From the IMG/VR virus record IMGVR_UViG_3300020046_003652, positions 11,448 to 75,447 of that record: DNA of 64,000 bases. One strand, 5' to 3'. The notes beneath the pieces are model-generated. The model was given only the letters and a program-made list of their open reading frames with translations, made no database searches and was not told the origin of the DNA. The position numbers were made by a program, and so were the translations under genes. This stretch comes from a virus. Its lineage: Duplodnaviria; Caudoviricetes. Positions 27,717 to 37,332 of this stretch are shown here, one piece after another; position 1 is the first letter of the stretch; every line of letters begins with the position of its first letter.

Positions 27717-29453
27717 ATGGCTAATATACTAGATTTAATACGAAAAAATAATCCTAATTTAACATTAGATGATGCCAGAAAAGCTATGGGTATTCCTTCT
27801 GGTAATACGTTTGATATGTATGGGAATCAAGTTCCAACTCAAGATAATACAATAGACCCACTTCCTACTATGAGTCCAATGCAAAATGCGACTCCATTCG
27901 AACCTCAAATTTATAACGAGTCTTACGATCCTATTGCAAGTTTGGATATTGAACGTAATCCTAAAGAATCTTTTAATCCGTTTCAATCCGCTAATGCTCC
28001 TAAACCATCTCCTAGTATACCTAGACAAAAATCTACTCAACCTAGAGCAGAAACTCCTTCTAAGGAATTAAAATTACCACAAGATGATATTCAACAAATT
28101 AATGAAGAGAATAAACAACAAGAAGAATATAAAAATGTAGAAAATCAGTATGCTCAAGAAGACAAACAAGCTCTTGATAGTACTCCTGAAATTCCAGAAG
28201 AAGGTCAATCTGATATATCAGAAGAATATCACGAATCTCCAGAAACATATGCTCAACAATTAGCTCGTGCTCAAGGAGCTGCAAATGATACACGATTACT
28301 TAACTCTTTAGCACAAGCTGGAGAATTAATAGGTTCTTCTATCGCTGGAGCTAAACCTATAGCTCAAGATATATTCAAACAAAATATCGCAAATGCAGAC
28401 CAACCAGTTAAAGATCTTAGTGCTAGAATTGAAATGGAATCACATGATTCTAATTCTGCTTATTCTAAATCATTACGTGACTTTTTAAATACTAAATTTG
28501 GAATGGAATTACCTGATACTATTTCTGGTGCTCAAATTGATAAATCTTTTAGCGGATTAGGTCTTAAGACATTTGAAGCAGACAAAGCAAGAGAAGAAGC
28601 AAGAAAAAAACAAGAGTTAGATTTACAAAATAAAAAAGAATTACAAGATATAAGACAAGAAGATAGATTAGAACAAATTAAAGCTATGGCAGCAATGAAC
28701 GCTCCAATGCGAGAATCATTACTTCATGAGCGAGAATTATCTAGAGAAATGCGTGAAAGAATTTCTAAAACTGGTAAAATAAACACTGCAGCACAAAAAA
28801 TGGCTTATGGTAATGGTTCTAGTTATATTACTAGGTTATATAATGATAATTTAAGAGCAGAAAAAGTATTTACTACTATTGGATTAGATCCAAAAATATC
28901 TGAAAAAGAATTAGACGCAATACCAATTGCACAATTAGATAAAGAACAAAAATTAAAAGTAATGGAATTAGCTACTGAATTAAACGGACTTCTTTCTGGA
29001 AGTAACAATCCAGCTGCCTCTAGTCTAAATAAATTAATTCCAGCTAATATACAAATGCATAAAACAAAGGTAAAAGATTTTATTACTTCTGAATTAAATG
29101 GAGCAAATCAAGGATCTTTTGTTAAAGAAGTAGCAAAAATTGCTCGTAGGGTTAAAGAAAATTCAAAAACAAAAGTAATGGAAATAGCTAAGAAATCCTT
29201 TGGTCCGTTATCTGGATTTGCAAAAGATAAAGATCCTGAAGTTCAAGACATGTACAGACATACATTATATATGAACGGATTAGATCCAGAAGATTTTGAA
29301 GAAGAAATTAAAACAAGAGCATCTAATTTAAAAGAAAAAGCTGCTAAAAATAAAGAAGCTAAATCTCCAGGATTAGATGCTAAATTAAAAGCAGTAGATA
29401 CAATGTCAGAAGAAGAATTAGATAAAGAACTTGCAAAACGAGGAATTAAATAA
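27717..29453 (+). CDS. Putative ejection/internal virion protein
   Basis: 578 aa, charged helical protein within the ejection cluster. Confidence 0.55.
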   Translation: MANILDLIRKNNPNLTLDDARKAMGIPSGNTFDMYGNQVPTQDNTIDPLPTMSPMQNATPFEPQIYNESYDPIASLDIERNPKESFNPFQSANAPKPSPSIPRQKSTQPRAETPSKELKLPQDDIQQINEENKQQEEYKNVENQYAQEDKQALDSTPEIPEEGQSDISEEYHESPETYAQQLARAQGAANDTRLLNSLAQAGELIGSSIAGAKPIAQDIFKQNIANADQPVKDLSARIEMESHDSNSAYSKSLRDFLNTKFGMELPDTISGAQIDKSFSGLGLKTFEADKAREEARKKQELDLQNKKELQDIRQEDRLEQIKAMAAMNAPMRESLLHERELSREMRERISKTGKINTAAQKMAYGNGSSYITRLYNDNLRAEKVFTTIGLDPKISEKELDAIPIAQLDKEQKLKVMELATELNGLLSGSNNPAASSLNKLIPANIQMHKTKVKDFITSELNGANQGSFVKEVAKIARRVKENSKTKVMEIAKKSFGPLSGFAKDKDPEVQDMYRHTLYMNGLDPEDFEEEIKTRASNLKEKAAKNKEAKSPGLDAKLKAVDTMSEEELDKELAKRGIK

Positions 29454-29454
29454 T

Positions 29455-31737
29455 ATGGCTGATTCTGCTGAACAAAAACGTATACTATTAAAAAAACAAA
29501 TGCTTAAAGAACATTTGTTAAATGAAAAAGCTCCAGAAGAAGTTAAACAAGAAGAACCTCTACCTGAAGATCCTAATAAGAATACATTACGTCAAGCGTC
29601 ATGGGCTGAAACTAGTCCATTAGTTCAAGGAACTAAAAATACTTTACTAGGTGTAACTGCTGGTATTCCGTTTACAGAACAAATAGCAGGTATTGTTGGT
29701 GCTTTACGTGGTAAAGGATATGCTGATTCTAGAGATAGACTTATAAACAGCGAAGAAATGGCAAATTTCGAAGATCCTGGTAAGTATGCATTTGGAAACG
29801 TTGCAGGTGGAATAGGAGTAGCTCTTGCACCAGAATTAATAGCAGGAAAAGTATTACAAGGAGCAAATGCGGCACGAGTGGCAGCATTAGAAGCAGGAAA
29901 TTTAATACCTAAAGCAACAACTGCTACTAAAATTGCTAGTGCATATAAAAATACACCAGAACCATTAAAACAAGCAGGATTTGGTGCAATATATGGTGCT
30001 AGTAAATCCGGTGTAGATTTAACTAAAGATGATTTATCTTTAGGCGATATAGGTAATTATGCTTTTGATATAACAAAACCTACAGCATATGGTGGGTTGG
30101 TAGGTATGATCCCAGCAGCAATAGCCGGAACTATAACTAAAACTCCATTAAAAAATACAGGATATGGTAAATTATTTAAAAAATCATATGAAGAAGGTGT
30201 AGATCTTTCTAATGGTGACGTAATTGATGCATTAGCTAAAGAAAAAATAAGTAAAAGTAACGAAATAGCCGAAACTATTTTAGGAAATGCTAAGAAAAAA
30301 GCAATAGCTAAAGCTGAAGCTATAGGTCAGAATGCAGATGTTCCATTAAATCTTAAGGACATTAGACAATTCGCAGAAGAAGAACTCGGTGCCCTATCTC
30401 CAGATCTTAAGTCTAATCAACAATTAATAGCAGAAGTACAAAACGAACTTTCTCAAGCGTTTAAAGATAAAACTATTACAACTAAAGTTCCTAAAATAGA
30501 TGTAACTAAAACAGAAGTACCATATGAACCTAGTAGCTTAGATAAACTAAGAGAAAAAATAGCTGATCAAAAACTAAAGGATGCAGATTTAGGTATAAAT
30601 GCTAGATATGACATAAATAAAGTTAAAAATGAATTAGGTCAAGATCGACTTAAAGTAAATAAGTACGTAGATGATGTTCCAAAAGCTTCTCCTGAGAAGT
30701 TAGTAGATGAATTAGATTCACAAGGACAACCTACTGGATATAAAGTTTTAGATGTGACAGAACAACAACCGTCTATTGATACATCAGCTAGTGTTACTGG
30801 AATACATCCAGATATCCCTGCATCTGGAGGATATTCTAAATTTACACCAGAACAAACAATAGAAGAGTACACTAAACTAGAAAAACATCCAGAAATGTAC
30901 ACATTAAAAGAAGCAGATGAAATACGTAAAAACTTATCGACATTGATAGATCAACAAAAATACAAAATAGATCCAATGGGTGGAACAAAAAGTATAGCAT
31001 ACGATCCGTTAAATCGAACTAGAGGAAAAATATCAGAATTAATAAATGAATCTACTCCAGAAATATCTAAATTAAATAAAGAATTAAGAAATACAGCAGA
31101 TGTTGCGGATGCTTTAGGTATGGGTAAAATGGATGCAGATACTATTGCTGATTTGTCATTAAAAGATCAATTTAAAATAGATGATCCTATTCGAGCATTA
31201 GCTAATCCTGCTTCGCACTCAGTAGAAGCAGCAAATAAACAAATGATAAATCAAAGTAAATTTATGGAAAAGCTCCAACAATTAGATCCCGCATCTGTTG
31301 AGAAATTCAAAAGAACAATGAATATATCTGAAGATTTAGATTTAGGTCAAGCATTAGGAACTGCAGAAAAAGGGATTACTACTAGATACGGAGTAATCCA
31401 AAAATTAGCTAAACATATATCAGGAAAAGGTGGAATTGCTATTAGAGCTTTAAATAAAGGAAATAAATATACATTTACTACTCCTGAAATAGCAACTGCA
31501 TTATCTCCAGGATATAATGAACAAACAGAAGAAAAAAGACAACAATTATCTGAAATGAGTCCAGAACAAATGATGAATATTGCATCAAGACTCAAAGGTA
31601 AAGGAATTGATGGAGTTGCAACTAAGATAGAAAAAGCAGCTCAATCTAAAGACCCTGTACAAAAAGCTCAAGCTGAATTTATAGTTAAACAGAATCCAAC
31701 TGCTCGCAAACAAATTGAAAATCCAGAGGAGGAATAA
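29455..31737 (+). CDS. Putative ejection protein (N-terminal module shared with 31739-33031)
   Basis: Likely ATG at 29455; G/A-rich N-terminal module followed by a charged helical region. Confidence 0.55.
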   Translation: MADSAEQKRILLKKQMLKEHLLNEKAPEEVKQEEPLPEDPNKNTLRQASWAETSPLVQGTKNTLLGVTAGIPFTEQIAGIVGALRGKGYADSRDRLINSEEMANFEDPGKYAFGNVAGGIGVALAPELIAGKVLQGANAARVAALEAGNLIPKATTATKIASAYKNTPEPLKQAGFGAIYGASKSGVDLTKDDLSLGDIGNYAFDITKPTAYGGLVGMIPAAIAGTITKTPLKNTGYGKLFKKSYEEGVDLSNGDVIDALAKEKISKSNEIAETILGNAKKKAIAKAEAIGQNADVPLNLKDIRQFAEEELGALSPDLKSNQQLIAEVQNELSQAFKDKTITTKVPKIDVTKTEVPYEPSSLDKLREKIADQKLKDADLGINARYDINKVKNELGQDRLKVNKYVDDVPKASPEKLVDELDSQGQPTGYKVLDVTEQQPSIDTSASVTGIHPDIPASGGYSKFTPEQTIEEYTKLEKHPEMYTLKEADEIRKNLSTLIDQQKYKIDPMGGTKSIAYDPLNRTRGKISELINESTPEISKLNKELRNTADVADALGMGKMDADTIADLSLKDQFKIDDPIRALANPASHSVEAANKQMINQSKFMEKLQQLDPASVEKFKRTMNISEDLDLGQALGTAEKGITTRYGVIQKLAKHISGKGGIAIRALNKGNKYTFTTPEIATALSPGYNEQTEEKRQQLSEMSPEQMMNIASRLKGKGIDGVATKIEKAAQSKDPVQKAQAEFIVKQNPTARKQIENPEEE

Positions 31738-31738
31738 A

Positions 31739-33031
31739 GTGGATGATTCATACGAACAAAGAAGATTAAGAAAATTAATAGAGAACGAAGAAAGACAAGC
31801 TTCTTTGGATTCTCCCATGTCAAAAACCGAAAGCTTCTTAAGAGGAGGAGCACAAGGTGCTTCTTTAGGATTTGCTGATGAATTAACTGGTGCAGGTGAA
31901 GCAGTATTAGATACGTTACAAGGTAATACTAAACCAACATTTGAAGATTTCATAAATACATATAAACGACATAGAGATGAATCTAGAGAAAATTACAAAA
32001 CAGCAGAACATACTAATCCTTATAGTTATACAGGAGGTCAAGTAGTTGGAGGTATTGCTCCATTGATTGCCTCTGGAGGAGCTGGAGCTGGAATTCAAGG
32101 TGCAGGTAGATTAGGGGCTATTGCTGGATTAGGAGTATCTGATCAAGATTTAACTAATTCTGATATATCAGTTGCAGATAAAGTAAAAGGAACAGGTTCC
32201 GATATGATCTCTGGTGCAGGTTTTGGGTATGCAGCTGCATCTCTTCCTACCGCGTTCTCTGCTATTAAAAGTAAAATTCGTCCTGGAGCAGCTATTTCTG
32301 AAGTTCCGGCTGATGTGTTCTATGGCAAAATACAAGATGTTTTGAAAAATCCTAATCCATTATATAAAGCAAATATAACTCCATATAATATAGATGATTA
32401 TAAAAATTTTAAAACATTTTTATCTAATGATGGTAAAAGTGGATATGCTTTAAAACCTGATGGAGAATTAATTAGCGTTTTCAGTTTAGAAAAAGGGAGA
32501 GGTCCAGAATTAGTAAAAGATGCAGTAGTTAGTAAAGGAGCAACTAAATTAGATGCTTTTGATATTAATAATAAATTACCAAATTTGTACGGTAAATATA
32601 TGGATGAAACGTCTCGATTGAAGTTTGCCGATGAATACGCTCCTAAAGATTGGGACTACTCTAAATTCGGTAGACCTGACGTTGTAACAATGAATGTAAA
32701 TCCAGATAAATTAAAACCAAATGATTTATCTTCTGGTGTTTTTTCTAAACTGAAAAGTAAATTAAATCCGAAATATAAAGAAACAAAAAATACACAAGAT
32801 ATAATTGATCAATATGTACAGAGTAGAGGAAAAGAAAGAATTAGTGAATTATCTTTTAATGAAAATGAAGAATTATTAACTAAAATAATTCCAGACCATA
32901 AACCAAATTATAGTAAAGATGTTCAAAATCTTAAAAATACTAATAGTCTCCAAGATTTAACTGCAGACCAATTATTAAATATTCCAACAGATGAATTTAA
33001 ACAATTAATAAAAAGATTAAACCTGAAATAA
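31739..33031 (+). CDS. Putative ejection protein with GNAT-like internal domain
   Basis: GTG at 31739 after GAGGAGG. SGYALKPDGELISVFS...GRGPELVKDAV..GATKLDAFD...LYGKY...YAPKDW. Confidence 0.5.
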   Translation: MDDSYEQRRLRKLIENEERQASLDSPMSKTESFLRGGAQGASLGFADELTGAGEAVLDTLQGNTKPTFEDFINTYKRHRDESRENYKTAEHTNPYSYTGGQVVGGIAPLIASGGAGAGIQGAGRLGAIAGLGVSDQDLTNSDISVADKVKGTGSDMISGAGFGYAAASLPTAFSAIKSKIRPGAAISEVPADVFYGKIQDVLKNPNPLYKANITPYNIDDYKNFKTFLSNDGKSGYALKPDGELISVFSLEKGRGPELVKDAVVSKGATKLDAFDINNKLPNLYGKYMDETSRLKFADEYAPKDWDYSKFGRPDVVTMNVNPDKLKPNDLSSGVFSKLKSKLNPKYKETKNTQDIIDQYVQSRGKERISELSFNENEELLTKIIPDHKPNYSKDVQNLKNTNSLQDLTADQLLNIPTDEFKQLIKRLNLK

Positions 33032-33046
33032 AGGAATAAAGATGTT

Positions 33047-33334
33047 ATGAAAATTTCTGAAATGTTGCTTAAAATATGTGAAAATCAAGAAGAAATGAAA
33101 AATGACGTAACTGATATTAAAGTTACGTTAGCTGAGCAACATGCCACACTAGAAGATCATACTCGTAGATCTTTGTCTAATGAAGAAGCGGTGGCTTTAC
33201 TTAGAGAACAAATAAAGCCCATAGAAAATCATGTATTCATGGTAAATGCTGTAGTAAAGATACTACTAGGTCTCGGAGGAGCCATTGGATTCATCGCTTC
33301 CATCCTCAAGATCGTTGAGTTTTTCCTTAAATAA
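33047..33334 (+). CDS. Coiled-coil protein with C-terminal TM helix (holin/XhlA-like)
   Basis: Last + strand gene; C-terminus VVKILLGLGGAIGFIASILKIV. Confidence 0.5.
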   Translation: MKISEMLLKICENQEEMKNDVTDIKVTLAEQHATLEDHTRRSLSNEEAVALLREQIKPIENHVFMVNAVVKILLGLGGAIGFIASILKIVEFFLK

Positions 33335-33817
33335 CTCATCTAAATAATTATTCTCATAATTCTCTTCTTGTTGCTTCTTAAGCTCAAGAATCTGTTCATA
33401 TGAATCTAACTTTCCTTGTGCTTTTTCTCTAGTGTATATACATCTATTTCTAGCATTGTTCTTTGTATAACAATCACGCTTAGCTGCTTTAGTTCTATGT
33501 AGATGATTCTTATGTCTATTGAATGAAGCATTAACAAACTCAGTATTAAACTTATTTAACCATTCTGCTGCTTCTGGATTGTTCTTTAAATCCTTAAGAT
33601 ACTGAGCATCCATTTCAAGTAAATCAAATCTAGTCTTTAGATTGTATTCAGGTAATAAAGCTCTTAATTTCTTTTTGCTTCTATCAGAATTCTTATTAGC
33701 CTTAGACTTAAACTTAGGACTAGTATATCTTCTTTTAGGTGCCGCTTTTTTTGTACCTTTTTTTGCCAAGCTCTTTCGTTTTAGCTGCTTCTTTTGCTTT
33801 TTCAAGGGTAACTCCAT
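33266..33817 (-). CDS. Basic hypothetical protein
   Basis: 183 aa, K/R-rich N-terminus; converges on and overlaps the + strand gene by 69 nt. Confidence 0.6.
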   Translation of the reverse strand: MELPLKKQKKQLKRKSLAKKGTKKAAPKRRYTSPKFKSKANKNSDRSKKKLRALLPEYNLKTRFDLLEMDAQYLKDLKNNPEAAEWLNKFNTEFVNASFNRHKNHLHRTKAAKRDCYTKNNARNRCIYTREKAQGKLDSYEQILELKKQQEENYENNYLDELFKEKLNDLEDGSDESNGSSET

Positions 33818-34424
33818 CTACTCTTAAGTTGTTTTTGTCAATGTAGAAAATCTCAGGGTATCGTCTATCAAATTCTTTATAAAATTTAAAATAATAAGTT
33901 AATATCTGATTAAAATCTGTTACAGAGATAGCTGTTAATCTATTATTAATAGACCAATCTCTATATATGTAATGTAATACTGTACCGTCTACTGCATAAT
34001 CTCCAGGAATAATGTTTAATTCTTTCATCCATCGCTCTATGTTCTTTTTGAATCTAGGAGTATTTAAATATATAGTATGTTTTGTTTTAAAAAATACTTC
34101 TTTTGCTTTATTAGTTAAAGCAACATTATCTATATTAATTAGAACATGACCACTTTTTGATCTCTCAAGGTATATAGTTAATCTATTCATAAACTCACGC
34201 TTGTTTAGTTTCTCTGATTTATTCCAAGCAGTGTATAGTTTATAAAGTAATGAACCTTTTACTACGTTAGTTCCTGGTTTAAGATTATAAAAAGAAACAA
34301 AGTCTAACATATTATCTGGTGCAGACTGTACATTAGACTCGTTAGTAACATCAGACTCGTTTAATTGAGAAAGTAGAGTTTCTGTATCTATTTCTTGTCT
34401 TAAAAAGTCTTTCTTTTTGTTCAT
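33735..34424 (-). CDS. Tandem D5/primase-C-terminal-like winged-helix protein
   Basis: Two repeats of the pattern F/W......PG...V....L(Y/H)..Y..W.......s...F...L. Confidence 0.5.
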   Translation of the reverse strand: MNKKKDFLRQEIDTETLLSQLNESDVTNESNVQSAPDNMLDFVSFYNLKPGTNVVKGSLLYKLYTAWNKSEKLNKREFMNRLTIYLERSKSGHVLINIDNVALTNKAKEVFFKTKHTIYLNTPRFKKNIERWMKELNIIPGDYAVDGTVLHYIYRDWSINNRLTAISVTDFNQILTYYFKFYKEFDRRYPEIFYIDKNNLRVDGVTLEKAKEAAKTKELGKKRYKKSGT

Positions 34425-34846
34425 TAAAATTCCATTGTAATATTAAGTAAGCCGAGATTGTCTGATTTATGTCTAATATACTGTCCACCGACAAAGATAG
34501 GTCCAAGTACTCGTCTATCTATTTTAGCAGAATAAGTATCAGTTACAGCAAAAGGATTTACTCCAACCGAAGCTAACCATTGTTTTTCTGCAGGTTTAGA
34601 TATAACAGATTCGAATTGTTTATCTTTTTTCTCTGTAGACTTGTCTGTAATTACGGTAACTAATTCTTTTGTACCGTCTGGTTTAGTTATCTCCTTAATA
34701 ACAGTCACTACGTCTTTTTTAATTACTTCTTTCTCTTGTACTTCTATTTTAGTTTCGATTCTTGGAGGCTGGAAATATCTTCCAGCTCCATATCCTGAAA
34801 CAAATAGAACAATAGCAACTATTACTATTGTCTTAATGTTGTTCAT
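34424..34846 (-). CDS. N-terminally anchored membrane protein, spanin-like candidate
   Basis: N-terminal TM, extended charged stalk, and C-terminal amphipathic beta-strands ending in Phe. Confidence 0.45.
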   Translation of the reverse strand: MNNIKTIVIVAIVLFVSGYGAGRYFQPPRIETKIEVQEKEVIKKDVVTVIKEITKPDGTKELVTVITDKSTEKKDKQFESVISKPAEKQWLASVGVNPFAVTDTYSAKIDRRVLGPIFVGGQYIRHKSDNLGLLNITMEF

Positions 34847-34847
34847 A

Positions 34848-35708
34848 TTATTTAATTCCTTTTATGTAATTCTGACAATATCCAGCAGTACAAATCAATT
34901 GGAAATCTATTGTATTTTTTACAACTCCTATATTTTGTTTTTTATTTTCTTGATCTCCACCAGAAAGACTGATCGTTGTTTCAGGTAAAGTGAAACTAAC
35001 GATACCATCAGTAATATTTTCTTCTAATGCATCTTCAGCATCAAGACGTAATTCATTAGCTATTTTACTTTTGTACTGTTCGAGCGTAATACCTTGACGT
35101 TTAGCTACTTCTAAATCCATTTTAGTAGAAAATCGTTTTAAGAACGATGTCATAGCATGCATATGATCAATATTACCAGACGTACCTGCAGATGCTGAAT
35201 GAAACATAATGATAGTACGATCGGTCATATATCGTTTAACTCCATACTGGTGAATCATTGCATCCATAGAAGCACACGTAACATAACAGATTGTATATAC
35301 TGGAGCTTTACTTGCTTGAATAGCAGAGATTAACATACTACCAGTAACAACCGATCCACCTGGACCAGATAATACTAAATAAATAGGTTCATTAGATTGT
35401 TCAGACAAATTGTTAATAACTGCAGCAGCAACTAATGCATTTTGTCCTACTTCACCTAAAAGAGCTACTGATCTACCCGGTGGTAGAGTTAATCGTTTAA
35501 TTGATTTAGATTTAATTGTTATTTCTTTTTCTTGTAATTTAGGAACACTTGGCGAATCTACTGTAAAATTAGTTTCTTCTACTGGTAAAGTTACCGCAGA
35601 TGATGTACCTTCTTTCTGTGTTCTAGTAAAGAAAATTGCTCCACCTATAAGGAGAATTCCAGCTAGAATTAATCCTCTCACTCTGTTTTGTTTTTTGTTA
35701 TTGTTCAC
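34848..35708 (-). CDS. Membrane-anchored ClpP/crotonase-fold serine peptidase
   Basis: LSGPGGSV, CASM (catalytic Ser), IMFH (His), LDAEDALEENITD; N-terminal GLILAGILLIGGAIFF helix. Confidence 0.8.
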   Translation of the reverse strand: MNNNKKQNRVRGLILAGILLIGGAIFFTRTQKEGTSSAVTLPVEETNFTVDSPSVPKLQEKEITIKSKSIKRLTLPPGRSVALLGEVGQNALVAAAVINNLSEQSNEPIYLVLSGPGGSVVTGSMLISAIQASKAPVYTICYVTCASMDAMIHQYGVKRYMTDRTIIMFHSASAGTSGNIDHMHAMTSFLKRFSTKMDLEVAKRQGITLEQYKSKIANELRLDAEDALEENITDGIVSFTLPETTISLSGGDQENKKQNIGVVKNTIDFQLICTAGYCQNYIKGIK

Positions 35709-36000
35709 TATTTTTTTCTCCTTGTTGTTGTTGTGTGTCGATCTCTAGTTTTGTTTTATCTTTTGTTATTTTTCTTCCAAAGTATAAAGCTCCCATAGCC
35801 CATACCATGTTTTCAGCAATTCCCATATCCATATCTTTTACTACTTCTAATAATCCTAATGTCCATAGGACAAAAGAAACAATTAAAAGAGTAAGACTTA
35901 CCGATGGAGCATTTTTATCTCGGATGAAAGGAAAAACTATTCCTTTAGTTGCTAAATATTCATTAATTTCTGCTAATTTAGTTTTAAGACTGTCTAACAT
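35698..36000 (-). CDS. Two-TM holin-like protein
   Basis: 100 aa, two hydrophobic segments and a charged C-terminus. Confidence 0.5.
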   Translation of the reverse strand: MLDSLKTKLAEINEYLATKGIVFPFIRDKNAPSVSLTLLIVSFVLWTLGLLEVVKDMDMGIAENMVWAMGALYFGRKITKDKTKLEIDTQQQQGEKNSEQ

Positions 36001-36030
36001 ATATACACCACTTCCTTGTGTCGAACTTTT

Positions 36031-36059
36031 ATACTATAACATTTTTTTATAGATGTCAA
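36031..36059 (-). promoter_or_regulatory. Sigma70-type promoter
   Basis: TTGACA-17-TAGTAT. Confidence 0.55.
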
Positions 36060-36073
36060 TAGTTTTTGTTATA

Positions 36074-36451
36074 CTATTTTACTTTTTTTGTAGATTTCCT
36101 ATGTATTTTTCTTAATATATTCTCTTCGTCTGTCTTAGTTTTATTACATTCTAAGCAAAGTACTTGAAATCCTTCAGTTTTTGGAAACATTCGCTTTAAA
36201 TAATCATCCCAATTAGTGAATCCACTCAGTCTCACGACGGGTATCACATGATCAAGTCTCACTTCTTTCTTAGGAAAGGCTTTAGTGCAGATGTGGCATT
36301 TATACAGCCCACGATCGACTCTGGAAGCCTTTAGCGCGTCGTTCCTATACGGCCAGTATAATGTACCTCTACGCAATGTAGCAACTATATAGCGTTTTAA
36401 ATAGGCATCAAATTCTACATCGTTGGTTGGTAATGGTTTTTTCTTTTTCAT
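36074..36451 (-). CDS. HNH endonuclease
   Basis: YKCHIC...VRLDHVIPVV...FQVLCLECNKTKT; likely start MKKKK at 36451. Confidence 0.8.
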   Translation of the reverse strand: MKKKKPLPTNDVEFDAYLKRYIVATLRRGTLYWPYRNDALKASRVDRGLYKCHICTKAFPKKEVRLDHVIPVVRLSGFTNWDDYLKRMFPKTEGFQVLCLECNKTKTDEENILRKIHRKSTKKVK

Positions 36452-36660
36452 ACCGTCTCGTATCCAGAATAGAAGAAGAGAGTACCACTGCTTATGATAG
36501 AAGCACAAGGGAATGGTTCTAATTCTAGATTAACTCCTATTACCATATATGATATATCGGTTAAACTATATTTGTTTATTATTGATTTGTGTATGTAGAT
36601 GGTGTCACCTACACGTAACTTATTAGAAGATGTTGGTTTTAGCGCGAGTCCATGCGTCAT
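36448..36660 (-). CDS. Hypothetical protein
   Basis: 70 aa; ATG lies 6 nt after a minus-strand TAACAACT. Confidence 0.5.
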   Translation of the reverse strand: MTHGLALKPTSSNKLRVGDTIYIHKSIINKYSLTDISYMVIGVNLELEPFPCASIISSGTLFFYSGYETV

Positions 36661-36841
36661 GTATTAAGTTGTTAAAGATATTCTAAATGTAGAGGAATTA
36701 TAAATCCATCATGTATTGACGTATCCCAGAAAGCAGAACCACTTGAAGTATAAATACAAGCACAGTATTCTAACGCACCATTAACAAATGAAAGAGTTGC
36801 TTTTACATTTTCGATACTATAATAATTACAACTTAATTTTA

Positions 36842-37120
36842 TCATTTTAACCTAGTTCTATCTCCACAAACATTACAAGTAGCATAAACTTTTCCTACTA
36901 TTTCAAATGTCTCTAGTGTTCCTTTAAAACATTCTTTACATGGTAGTATAGGTTGGGTTCCAATAGGTAACTCTTCAGTATCGTCTTGAGAATCTTCAAA
37001 GATTTGTTCATTCTTTTCTAATTGACGTATTCTTTGACGTAGAGATTTGACTAACTTCTTTAATTGTCGTATTTCAGACAAGTAGTATTCGTCTTTTCTA
37101 GCTTCTTTGCTTCTAGCCAA
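36842..37120 (-). CDS. Coiled-coil protein with C-terminal Zn-ribbon
   Basis: CKEC...CNVC. Confidence 0.6.
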   Translation of the reverse strand: MARSKEARKDEYYLSEIRQLKKLVKSLRQRIRQLEKNEQIFEDSQDDTEELPIGTQPILPCKECFKGTLETFEIVGKVYATCNVCGDRTRLK

Positions 37121-37134
37121 CTTAAGCTCCTAGC

Positions 37135-37332
37135 TTATTTAATCTGATTGTTTACATTTTTCGCTAGCTGAATATAGTTGTTGATTAATCCATTTACGTA
37201 AGTTTCAATGTCTAACATCTCGTCTTTACTAGGATTTCCTGAGTTTCGTTGTTGCTTAAGTATATCAATAAAATCTAATACTAATTTTAAAGCTCTATAT
37301 CTAGATTTAAGATCTTGTTCTAAATTAATCAT
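37135..37332 (-). CDS. Hypothetical protein
   Basis: Helical ORF; likely start MINLEQ at 37332. Confidence 0.45.
   Translation of the reverse strand: MINLEQDLKSRYRALKLVLDFIDILKQQRNSGNPSKDEMLDIETYVNGLINNYIQLAKNVNNQIK

Noticed and set aside
1747-31953. Minus-strand ORFs inside virion genes (e.g. 1747-2046, 7600-7929, 19724-19948, 31585-31953) and plus-strand ORFs inside minus-strand genes
   Set aside because: Shadow frames of well-supported genes, with no RBS and no recognisable motifs.
34848-35708. ClpP-like gene as prohead protease
   Set aside because: It is on the opposite strand, far from the head genes and has an N-terminal TM helix; a separate scaffold gene is present.
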